Virus record (IMG/VR): IMGVR_UViG_2703718857_000002
From: a virus
Lineage: Duplodnaviria > Heunggongvirae > Uroviricota > Caudoviricetes
Strand: one strand, 5' to 3'
DNA: 23,029 bases
Positions 16,227 through 23,029 of the stretch are shown in pieces. A program made the position numbers and the translations under genes. The number at the start of each line of letters is the position of its first letter. The stretch's first letter is position 1. The notes below the pieces were generated by a model, which did no database searches, was not told the origin of the DNA, and saw only the letters and a program-made list of their open reading frames with translations.

Positions 16227-16697
16227 TCAATTTAAGCACTGCTCTTTGATGTATTCCTGCAAATATCCAACCTGTTTCGTCACTGTGACGATTCGCTCTC
16301 TGAGGGTGAAATAATCCCGTTCAGCGGAGTCAGTAAGTCGGGGGCCGGTAACATCGCCCAGGCCGCCGGTGCTGGTCGTTCCGTTCGCGGGACAGTTTGC
16401 GTTGAGCTGCAGCCGCTTACGGCCAGCAATGACATCGCTATGCAGACGCTCAATGGTTTCTTTCGCATCAGCCAGTTCTCCGGTGTATTTGGCATCCAGT
16501 GCAGCGACATCACGCTGGCGGGTCTGCATGTCTTTAATGGTGGCGGTCGCCAGGAGGAGTTTCTCAGTGGCCTTATCGCGCTGGTCTCTGTAAGTGATGG
16601 CGTTGTCGCGGTAGTGGTTCACGAAGAAAGCCAGTGCGCCGATTAACGCCAGCACCAGCAACTGCAGCCAGTAACGCTTAACCAGTGCGCTAATCAT
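16227..16697 (-). CDS. Rz-type i-spanin, 156 aa
   Basis: N-terminal transmembrane segment ([17 protein letters not shown]) followed by a charged coiled-coil-like region; ATGA overlap with the lysozyme gene; contains the embedded Rz1 frame. Confidence 0.8.
   Translation of the reverse strand: MISALVKRYWLQLLVLALIGALAFFVNHYRDNAITYRDQRDKATEKLLLATATIKDMQTRQRDVAALDAKYTGELADAKETIERLHSDVIAGRKRLQLNANCPANGTTSTGGLGDVTGPRLTDSAERDYFTLRERIVTVTKQVGYLQEYIKEQCLN
16280..16468 (-). CDS. Rz1-type o-spanin lipoprotein, 62 aa, embedded in Rz in an alternative frame
   Basis: [22 protein letters not shown]... has a lipoprotein signal with lipobox cysteine, followed by a proline-rich mature region (...[19 protein letters not shown]). 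Start taken at the internal ATG at 16468. Confidence 0.75.
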   Translation of the reverse strand: MRKKPLSVCIAMSLLAVSGCSSTQTVPRTERPAPAAWAMLPAPDLLTPLNGIISPSESESSQ

Positions 16698-17134
16698 GAC
16701 AGGAACAGAGCTCGCTCTGCCTCCCGCCGACGTGTCAGCCCATTCAGCACCTTCCCACCAGCTTTATTCCAGCGCAGGAACTCATCGGCTGCACCAGCGT
16801 AATCTCCGGCGTTGAGTTTTCGCAGGAGAGTCGATGTCGACAATGACCGCGCACCGAGGTTATACGTGAACGACACCAGGGCATCGAATTGCCCCTGAGT
16901 CAGGCCAACTTTAACCAGTCGTGACACGTCACTTTCGTAACTGACCATTCCTGTCTTCAGCAGGCGTTCTGCCGTTTCCTGCTTAATTGTCATCCCGGCA
17001 CGGATTGGTTTCCCGTCGACGGGCTGAGTCCAGCCATAACCGATCGTCCAAACGCCGACGCTGTCCTGATAGGCAGTGAGCTTGCAACCTTCGAACTCTT
17101 TGATCAGGGCAATGCCTTTATCACTGGTTTGCAT
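16694..17134 (-). CDS. Phage lysozyme (T4-type, GH24; P22 gp19-like), 146 aa
   Basis: Translation [34 protein letters not shown]... ending ...[12 protein letters not shown] closely parallels P22 lysozyme, including the catalytic Glu in EFEG. Confidence 0.9.
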   Translation of the reverse strand: MQTSDKGIALIKEFEGCKLTAYQDSVGVWTIGYGWTQPVDGKPIRAGMTIKQETAERLLKTGMVSYESDVSRLVKVGLTQGQFDALVSFTYNLGARSLSTSTLLRKLNAGDYAGAADEFLRWNKAGGKVLNGLTRRREAERALFLS

Positions 17135-17438
17135 TCTTCATCCCCGTCAAGCGTTCCCAGAAATAGGTCAGAGCCACTGAACCCATCGCCCCGCTAATGC
17201 CGGACGTGACAAGGATCATGTGAAAACTCAACCCACTCTCCACGCTTATCAACCCGCCAATCAAACCGGTAAAGCCGGAGACAGCGATCTGTGCCAGCGC
17301 GTTTATCCAGCTCCATGTCGCTTTATTCTGCTTTACGTCGATCAGGTAGCGAACTAAACCGCCCCAGCATGCAATGCCGAGCAGGACTAACCAGGACAGG
17401 CCTACAATTTTGTGGTCGTCATTCATACGCTTTGCCAT
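17121..17438 (-). CDS. Holin (lambda S-like class I), 105 aa
   Basis: ATG at 17438 with GGAGGTG Shine-Dalgarno; the ORF-track start at 17630 lacks an RBS and crosses the terminators. Three hydrophobic segments and a charged C-terminus; N-terminus MAKRM offers two in-frame starts separated by Lys-Arg. Confidence 0.8.
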   Translation of the reverse strand: MAKRMNDDHKIVGLSWLVLLGIACWGGLVRYLIDVKQNKATWSWINALAQIAVSGFTGLIGGLISVESGLSFHMILVTSGISGAMGSVALTYFWERLTGMKNANQ

Positions 17439-17510
17439 ATCACCTCCGAAGGAACGGGGTGCTGTTTGTGTAGAGTGGAAGGATGCCAGGAAACAACGAC
17501 CGGACATCGC

Positions 17511-17537
17511 AAATAAAAAAGCCAGCGACAGGCTGGC
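17511..17537 (-). terminator. Rho-independent terminator (proximal) in the Q-like/holin intergenic region
   Basis: Minus-strand hairpin GCCAGC-CTGTC-GCTGGC followed by TTTTTTATTTG. Confidence 0.55.
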
Positions 17538-17610
17538 AATGTGAGGGTAAGGCAATGTCGGCTCTCTGGCCGAAGGGTCCCAGGTAGTGGGTTCTGTGTG
17601 CTGCGTACCG

Positions 17611-17641
17611 CAAATAAAAAAGCCCCGCACGATGGCGAGGC
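17611..17641 (-). terminator. Rho-independent terminator (distal) in the Q-like/holin intergenic region
   Basis: Minus-strand hairpin GCCTCGC-CATCGT-GCGGGGC (one G-U pair) followed by TTTTTTATTTG; shares the flanking AAATAAAAAAGCC motif with the proximal terminator. Confidence 0.5.
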
Positions 17642-17707
17642 TCTTAATTCTTTGTCGACCTACGAAGCTATGGCGACGATATCAGATTTACATGAAATAT
17701 ATGCGTT

Positions 17708-18397
17708 TCAATCCAGTTTTGCAAGACTTGAGTCTAAATTTGTCGCCTTTTGTTGTGAACGTGATCGCGTAACCTGCAATAAAGCCCCGCTATCCAGTCG
17801 CAGGAAGATGCTGCGCATCTCAACCCAGCGGTCAGTAAAGGTCTCTGACCAGTTTTTTGGCGTTACGCCAACCAGCGACGCCAGCGCCTGATATTCGTAC
17901 GTCTCACGCCCTGCCAGCTCTGCTTTCACGTCCTGAGCCGCGAGCCAGACAAGCTTCTTCAGGCGCTCCATCGTTTTGCCGGCCACCTTCTTCGCGCCGA
18001 GCTGCTCCCGGAACTCTGCCCACGCCCATTGAGTGATTTCCACCTGATAGCACCAGCGCACGTTCTCGCTATAGTTCCATAGCAGCCACGCTTTCTGGTG
18101 TTCTTCGAGTGACATCAGTGCGCGGCGCCACGATGCGCTGGAGTATTCAACCGGCTGCACCAGGGGAATATGCGAACCCTTGGTATGCGACTGCTTGCCC
18201 GGTATTGGCGGGTTATCCAGCGTAATCATTTCCCCGGTCACTTCATCCAGCACTCGAGGCTTTTTACGTTTAAACGTTCCCGTATCGAACTGCGCGTTTT
18301 CAAGCCACGCCATCAACTGCCCTTTCGTCGCACCACTTAAATCGGCGGTGGCCACCATCAACTGCTGGCGCACGTATTCGAGAAATTGAGTATTCAT
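17708..18397 (-). CDS. Putative late-gene regulator (Q-like antiterminator by position), 229 aa
   Basis: Sits between NinG and the holin, where lambdoid Q lies, and is followed by terminators. Start taken at ATG 18397 (MNTQFLEYV...); the ORF track extends to 18490. No Q-specific motif such as a zinc finger is recognised, so the call rests on synteny. Confidence 0.4.
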   Translation of the reverse strand: MNTQFLEYVRQQLMVATADLSGATKGQLMAWLENAQFDTGTFKRKKPRVLDEVTGEMITLDNPPIPGKQSHTKGSHIPLVQPVEYSSASWRRALMSLEEHQKAWLLWNYSENVRWCYQVEITQWAWAEFREQLGAKKVAGKTMERLKKLVWLAAQDVKAELAGRETYEYQALASLVGVTPKNWSETFTDRWVEMRSIFLRLDSGALLQVTRSRSQQKATNLDSSLAKLD

Positions 18398-18527
18398 ACT
18401 GCACCGCCTATGGTTTTGATGTAGTTCTTCAGTATTCGGTAATCCGTCAGCACAGAGCCCGGAAAGTGGTATAAGCGCAATCGTTGCCAACGAACGCGGA
18501 GGTGATCGGCAAAATAGGATTCGAATG

Positions 18528-19139
18528 TCATGCTGCCTCCTGCTTTTTCAGCGCGCGCAGGTCAGCCAGCGCGGTCAGTCTGATTTCCTTCAGTTCTTCA
18601 ATAGTCCAACGATGCGGAGCGTTATTGTTCTCGAGCGCTAGTACCAGCTCTTCGCCATAACGTTCCACCAGCGCGGCTCGGTATGCTTCGATATTCCCGG
18701 ATTTGTAGACGTTGCAGACATCACACTGAAGATGGATGTTGAAGCGAGTGAAGCGCAGATGCCCAGCGGCTGCCGTAGTCCGATAATGGCCAGCATGCCA
18801 GGCGAACGCCGTTTTAGTTCCGCAGGAAATACAGCCCCGCCCCTCCGCCAACTCCGTCTCGCGGCAAATGTCATTTACGGCACGCTGCGTCAGGTCAATC
18901 CAGTGCTTCAGCGGCTTAACTGCAGCTTTACGCTGGCGCCAGGCTGCACGTTCTTTCTTCTCAGTGGCGCGCTGCTTGGCAGACTCTTTGCGTTGTGCAG
19001 CCTCCCGGGCTTTTCTGGTCTGCTCTTTCCCGACGGCGCTGGCGCACTCATAACCGCAGACGGTCTGCGTGTCGCGTACTGGATTGAACCACTGGCGGCA
19101 TTCCTTGTTGGCGCACTTCCGGCGCGGTAACTTAGCCAT
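18528..19139 (-). CDS. ninG: NinG (Rap) family protein, 203 aa
   Basis: MAKLPRRKCANKECRQWF...CISCGT...AGHYRTTAAAGHLRF...CDVCNVYKSGN... parallels lambda NinG, including the conserved Cys clusters. ATG at 19139 with GGGGGTG Shine-Dalgarno. Confidence 0.85.
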   Translation of the reverse strand: MAKLPRRKCANKECRQWFNPVRDTQTVCGYECASAVGKEQTRKAREAAQRKESAKQRATEKKERAAWRQRKAAVKPLKHWIDLTQRAVNDICRETELAEGRGCISCGTKTAFAWHAGHYRTTAAAGHLRFTRFNIHLQCDVCNVYKSGNIEAYRAALVERYGEELVLALENNNAPHRWTIEELKEIRLTALADLRALKKQEAA

Positions 19140-19141
19140 AA

Positions 19142-19348
19142 TCACCCCCAGACCTTTTGTCGAAAGGTTCTTGGTGTACGCGCCGGATGCTCGCATTCAG
19201 GCAATTTTGCGCTGATAGTCCAGGTGATGTTGTCGCGATTCAGGCTACGTTCTACCGTGGCGCCACGACGACGGTAACTGGCCACCAGCTCGTCGGCCTG
19301 ATCGGTTGTGCATTCGTGATGGTGGAACCAGGAATATTTCATCGCCAT
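19142..19348 (-). CDS. Small hypothetical nin-region protein, 68 aa
   Basis: ATG overlaps the stop of the upstream gene (TGATG), and the ORF ends 2 nt before the ninG start. No family recognised. Confidence 0.4.
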   Translation of the reverse strand: MAMKYSWFHHHECTTDQADELVASYRRRGATVERSLNRDNITWTISAKLPECEHPARTPRTFRQKVWG

Positions 19349-19947
19349 CACCCCGCAAAGCTCATGAGCTGCGATGCGGCGTTTTCCGCTTCACGCTGGT
19401 CCTTGAATGCCCGGGACAATACCCAGCGCCACAGAACATCGAGCGCGGCTTTGTACAGCTGCTGGAACTCGGTTTCGTCCATGTTGGCAAAGGCAATGCT
19501 GCGGGGGTGTTTGCGAAGGGTGCCGTCGGGAAGCTGTATGGCGTCGTAGTGGCCAGACTCGATGATCACCCATGCACGATATGCGTCATAGGATTTGCAG
19601 ATGCTGATACTACCGGCGCGCTTATCGGCGATGCGGTCCAGATATTGCTCAGCAGCATCCAGGAGTGCTGCTTCACTTCCCGCGAATGAGGCAAGGAACT
19701 TGGCATAGCCGGTTACCAGCTTGCGTTCGTTGGAGGAGATTGCCCCGCCGGTGGGTTCCCAGTATTCGAAACCGAGATTGAGTAACGCGAAGAAACGACG
19801 GTGAAAGGCCGGGTTGCGTACCTGCCGGAACTCAGCCACCAGTACGGAGCCGAGTTTGATTTTTGATTGCAGTAAATCACTGGTCTCCGGCGTAGCGGGG
19901 ATCAGGATTCCTGAGGAATGCTTGATGAGTTGTAGTTCGTGCGCCAT
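19348..19947 (-). CDS. Hypothetical nin-region protein, 199 aa (possibly DUF1367-like)
   Basis: ATG at 19947 with GGAGAGA Shine-Dalgarno. The family suggestion is from memory of lambdoid nin-region proteins and is unverified. Confidence 0.55.
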   Translation of the reverse strand: MAHELQLIKHSSGILIPATPETSDLLQSKIKLGSVLVAEFRQVRNPAFHRRFFALLNLGFEYWEPTGGAISSNERKLVTGYAKFLASFAGSEAALLDAAEQYLDRIADKRAGSISICKSYDAYRAWVIIESGHYDAIQLPDGTLRKHPRSIAFANMDETEFQQLYKAALDVLWRWVLSRAFKDQREAENAASQLMSFAG

Positions 19948-19981
19948 GGTTTCTCTCCGTGGCGCAGTAGGTTACGGTTGT

Positions 19982-20230
19982 TCAGACCGTTGATTTCATA
20001 TTATCAGAAGGTGGGGTTACCCGGTAGCCGAGACGGTGAATAAACTGCATAAAACCATTAGGAGTAAAGACCTCTTCATCATCCAGCAAAGGCCGCATAG
20101 AAACCATGCCATTGACGCGATAAATTAGATGCCTGCCCGATGAAGGAAAGCTAAACACCACGCAGCCGTCAGACCTTCTTACAATGTCATACCAGTTGTC
20201 TTCTGACGTTTGCAAAGCTGAATCACTCAC
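19982..20230 (-). CDS. Small hypothetical protein, 82 aa
   Basis: ORF with a GTG start and a somewhat distant AGGGAG; sits between the DinI-like gene and the nin genes. Confidence 0.4.
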   Translation of the reverse strand: MSDSALQTSEDNWYDIVRRSDGCVVFSFPSSGRHLIYRVNGMVSMRPLLDDEEVFTPNGFMQFIHRLGYRVTPPSDNMKSTV

Positions 20231-20347
20231 ATTTATGTTCTCCCTTCGAGCGACTAACAGACGCGATTAAAGATTGTCGGCAGCAGCATCAGAGGGTTAC
20301 GCAAATTGCGGTATTCTGAAAAATGCGCGCCAGCCTTAAGCGCAATT

Positions 20348-20581
20348 CTAATAAAACCAGTCGTCAGCGCTTTCCCAGGTATCCTGGAGGATTGATTCAA
20401 TTTTCTTTTTATCGTCCTTGTCACCACCAAAAACACTTAACCCATCGGCCCCGGCACGGCGGATTGTGAGCCTGCAATTGTCATAGTGATCATTCAGGCG
20501 CTTAAGCAGTTCTTTCTCCAGTGCTGGTACTGCGCCTTTAGGAAGTTCTTTCATGCGATCAATGGTTAATTCAACTTTCAT
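20348..20581 (-). CDS. DinI-family protein, 77 aa
   Basis: MKVELTIDR...LSVFGGDKDDKKKIESILQDTWESADDWFY closely parallels E. coli DinI, including the ...ILQETWESADDWF C-terminus. ATG at 20581 with GGGGG upstream; a LexA box lies 19 bp upstream. Confidence 0.8.
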   Translation of the reverse strand: MKVELTIDRMKELPKGAVPALEKELLKRLNDHYDNCRLTIRRAGADGLSVFGGDKDDKKKIESILQDTWESADDWFY

Positions 20582-20599
20582 AATGGCCCCCATTGCATG

Positions 20600-20619
20600 T
20601 ACTGTGTTTTTATACAGTA
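20600..20619. promoter_or_regulatory. LexA (SOS) box TACTGTGTTTTTATACAGTA
   Basis: CTGT-N8-ACAG with palindromic TACTGT/ACAGTA ends; 17 of 20 positions match consensus. Immediately upstream of the DinI-like gene. Confidence 0.75.
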
Positions 20620-20680
20620 TACCTATGCGCGGAAATGATCAACGTTTTAAGAGCACAAATTGTTAATTTTCTGTCAGTAG

Positions 20681-20709
20681 TAAAAAAAGAAAACCCGCCG
20701 TAGCGGGTT
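20681..20709 (-). terminator. Rho-independent terminator (minus-strand orientation) upstream of the DinI-like promoter
   Basis: Minus-strand hairpin AACCCGC-TACG-GCGGGTT followed by TTTCTTTTTTT. Would insulate the DinI-like promoter from minus-strand read-through coming from the integrase side. Confidence 0.5.
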
Positions 20710-20842
20710 GAATTAGCGATGTTTTATTACGCCGCTATTTGTTTCTGCTGACAAAGCTCCTGTATCAAACCCGAAACAGCAGATCGCTTATCTGGCACTC
20801 AAATACTGGGCGCGCCTGTATTGCCCTGCAGTTGTTCTTGGT

Positions 20843-21319
20843 GTGTACACCCCTGATGAGATTGAACAGCGCACAGAAAAAGAGATCAACCCAACGCCGC
20901 AACGCGTTAGCCTGGCTGATATCTCAGGTGACACCGTCACAACCACGCAAAGCGCACAGGAATCGTCGGTAAATGTCGACTCTCTTGCCGATGATTTCCG
21001 CGAACGCATCGAATCTGCTCAGGACGTGGATAGCGCCAAATCGCTGCGTGCCGACATTGAAACGGCGAAAGCTACGCTGGGATCCGCACTATTCACCGAG
21101 CTGAAAAACAAAGCCGTAAAGCGTTATTACCTAGTGGATGCACGCAACAAGGTTGAGGAGGCTATTAAATCCCTGCCCCAGCCCGACGAGCCGCATGCAG
21201 CCGAACGGTTCGCTGAAGCCGAGCGCATGCTTGCATCTTCAAAGCGTCACTTAGGCGATGAACTGCACGATCAATTCAGCATCACCCTGGCGGATATGAA
21301 ACCGGAATACGTGGCCTGA
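20843..21319 (+). CDS. Hypothetical acidic protein, 158 aa from GTG; possibly the 3' remnant of a longer gene
   Basis: The frame is open from 20717 with no ATG before the GTG at 20843, and the upstream in-frame translation (...IAYLALKYWARLYCPAVVLG...) looks protein-like. No family recognised. Confidence 0.4.
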   Translation: MYTPDEIEQRTEKEINPTPQRVSLADISGDTVTTTQSAQESSVNVDSLADDFRERIESAQDVDSAKSLRADIETAKATLGSALFTELKNKAVKRYYLVDARNKVEEAIKSLPQPDEPHAAERFAEAERMLASSKRHLGDELHDQFSITLADMKPEYVA

Positions 21320-21357
21320 CGAGACCGGGAGGGGTAACCCTCCCTCAAGGAGATTAT

Positions 21358-21600
21358 ATGCGACTGATCAATCGAGGAAGTAAGCAATCACCTTTAGCTC
21401 GCCAAGCATGCGACATCGCGCTGGCAGCTCACTTGCAAACATATGGCGACTATGGGCGAAGCAAGATGAAAGAGACTTATACGGTGAAGGTTGAAGGCGT
21501 GAAAGTCTGGGTGGAGGTGGTGAACCGAAAGGCGAGCTACGTGGCCACAGCGATGACCGGCATGCGCCGTCTCCGCTCCCTGCCCGGGCAGGTTGGTTGA
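21358..21600 (+). CDS. Hypothetical protein, 80 aa
   Basis: Strong AAGGAG Shine-Dalgarno 7 nt upstream of the ATG; no family recognised. Confidence 0.5.
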   Translation: MRLINRGSKQSPLARQACDIALAAHLQTYGDYGRSKMKETYTVKVEGVKVWVEVVNRKASYVATAMTGMRRLRSLPGQVG

Positions 21601-21641
21601 AAAAGATTTTGAATGGCCCGAACGGGCAACTGGAGAGAGCT

Positions 21642-21839
21642 ATGGATGATATTTTGGTAACGTCAGACCTGACCAGTCGCTACAAAATTTCACGCAAAAC
21701 CCTTTGGTCATGGCAAAGTGCAGACACAATGCCTCGGGGCTTCGTATGCCCGTTCCCACCCCCTGACTGGCCCGGCAACCCTAACCGCTGGCGCTCTGAG
21801 TCAATCAAAGAGTGGGAGGATAAAAAGAAGATAAATTAA
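21642..21839 (+). CDS. AlpA/Xis-like small DNA-binding protein, 65 aa
   Basis: [25 protein letters not shown]...[11 protein letters not shown] fits the AlpA/excisionase-type HTH pattern. ATG at 21642 with GGAGAGAG Shine-Dalgarno (the ORF track starts at TTG 21597). 3' end overlaps the integrase 3' end (convergent). Confidence 0.55.
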
Positions 21840-23029
21840 CTGAAGGGCTCTCCGATGATCTCTTCAAGATGGCTCTGCCAAACGCGGAGCCAGTGTTTCT
21901 GATCATCGATATAGTCATGAAGGTTGTAATGCGCCATAACCCCCACCATCTGATGCCCGAGCAGCTTTTCAATTACGTGCGGCGGGCAACCTAACTCAGA
22001 GAGATTTGTGGCTATCGTCCGCCTCATATCATGAAGCGACCACTCTGCCATACCTGTTCCATTCCAAATAGAACGGGCGTAATTGGATGCCACAGGTGAA
22101 TGAACGGGCGAATCTTTGATCCCGCCATCAATTTTACGTTGTGAAGTCACCAGGTGATTGGTGTTTATTTTCTTGAGGTGATTTCTGACCAGGTTAACGG
22201 CGGCGTCTGAGAGTCCCCTTCTAATATGTACCCGAGTTTTATAACTGCCCGCAGGCACGACCCACTCATTATCATCCAATCGAAACCATGATCTCTCACT
22301 AAGTCGAATCTCAGCCGTACGGCATCCGGTAAGCATAATAAATTTCACCAGGAAAACGGACTCTATCGACATATGGCTTTTCAACCACTGATAGATTTTG
22401 CGCAGATCGTCATCGTCCATCCTGCGAGTTCTCTTTTTAGGCTTTTGCCCGACATCAGATGGCAGTAATCCCTCGAGTGGGTTTGAGGCGATCACACTTC
22501 TGTTAACGCAGAACCTAAACGCCCGTTTGCACAGCGAAAGCATGTAATGAGCCATCACCCTGCTTTCTATAGAATCGAAGACGTTGATCCAGTGCATTTT
22601 CGCTGTGTTATCGACTTTGACATTCTTCATCGGTTCGGCGATATGTTTCTCAAACACCTGGCGATAGTAATCGACTTTAACTAGCCCGTTAGCGATACAG
22701 TGCCTTTCAATCCAGTAATTGAACGCTTCGGCAACGGACATCGCTTCCTGTCGGGTCTGCTTATCCAGCTTCACCTGCTCTCGCGGATCCAGTCCCTCAG
22801 TTAACCAGTTTCTGAATTGTTGGCGACGCTCTCTTGCCTGGGTGATACTCATTGCAGGATAATCACCAACATTGAGTTTTACCGCTTTACCGGCCCAGCG
22901 ATACCGATAGAAAAATGATATTTTTCCGGCCTGGCTGATTCTGGCGTTGAGCCCGTGCGAATCAGAAATAATCTCGATATCATCTCTTTTCTTGCCGAGC
23001 GCCTTCCTGAGCTTTGTGTCGGTGATCAT
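21836..23029 (-). CDS. int: Tyrosine integrase, P4-type, 397 aa; start coincides with the window edge
   Basis: N-terminal arm-binding region (...[32 protein letters not shown]...) and C-terminal catalytic region (...[11 protein letters not shown]...[18 protein letters not shown] with Arg, His-x-x-Arg and Tyr). The ATG sits at the last 3 nt of the window, so a slightly longer N-terminus cannot be excluded. Confidence 0.9.

Noticed and set aside
17541-17891. 116-aa and 61-aa plus-strand ORFs in and beside the Q-like/holin intergenic region
   Set aside because: They run antisense through the two terminators and the 3' end of the Q-like gene, with no convincing start context.

Overview
This window reads as an enterobacterial chromosomal segment occupied almost entirely by a degraded, mosaic prophage; all calls below come from reading the six-frame translations and the raw sequence, with no database search run. 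Right to left (nearly all genes on the minus strand): a P4-type tyrosine integrase at the right edge, a convergent AlpA/Xis-like gene and two small plus-strand genes, a DinI-family gene with a near-consensus LexA box, nin-region genes including NinG, a Q-like late regulator, a complete lysis cassette (holin, P22-gp19-type lysozyme, Rz with embedded Rz1), two morons, a cos-like GGGACAT repeat array, and lambda-type packaging genes (Nu1-like, GpA-like terminase, gpW-like, portal). The portal stops early and abuts, in another frame, the C-terminal part of a Mu/P2-type baseplate hub gene, followed by Mu-like spike, gp46, gp47 and gp48 homologues and a short glycine-rich tail fibre; head, sheath, tube and tape-measure genes are absent, as is any recognisable repressor or replication module. 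Distal to the fibre lies a cargo island that I consider the most interesting part: an AT-rich cassette encoding a small HTH protein plus an acyltransferase-3 membrane protein (inserted on the opposite strand), a roughly 709-aa protein with internal repeats and a C-terminal SGNH-like hydrolase motif set, a coupled lectin-like 267-aa protein, and a LexA-box-controlled two-gene operon of unknown function. Further left are short fragments of two host-type genes (isochorismatase-family 3' end, DUF72-family 5' start) and a complete Hin/Gin/Pin-family serine invertase with no intact invertible segment in view. No rRNA, tRNA, CRISPR array or IS element was recognised.
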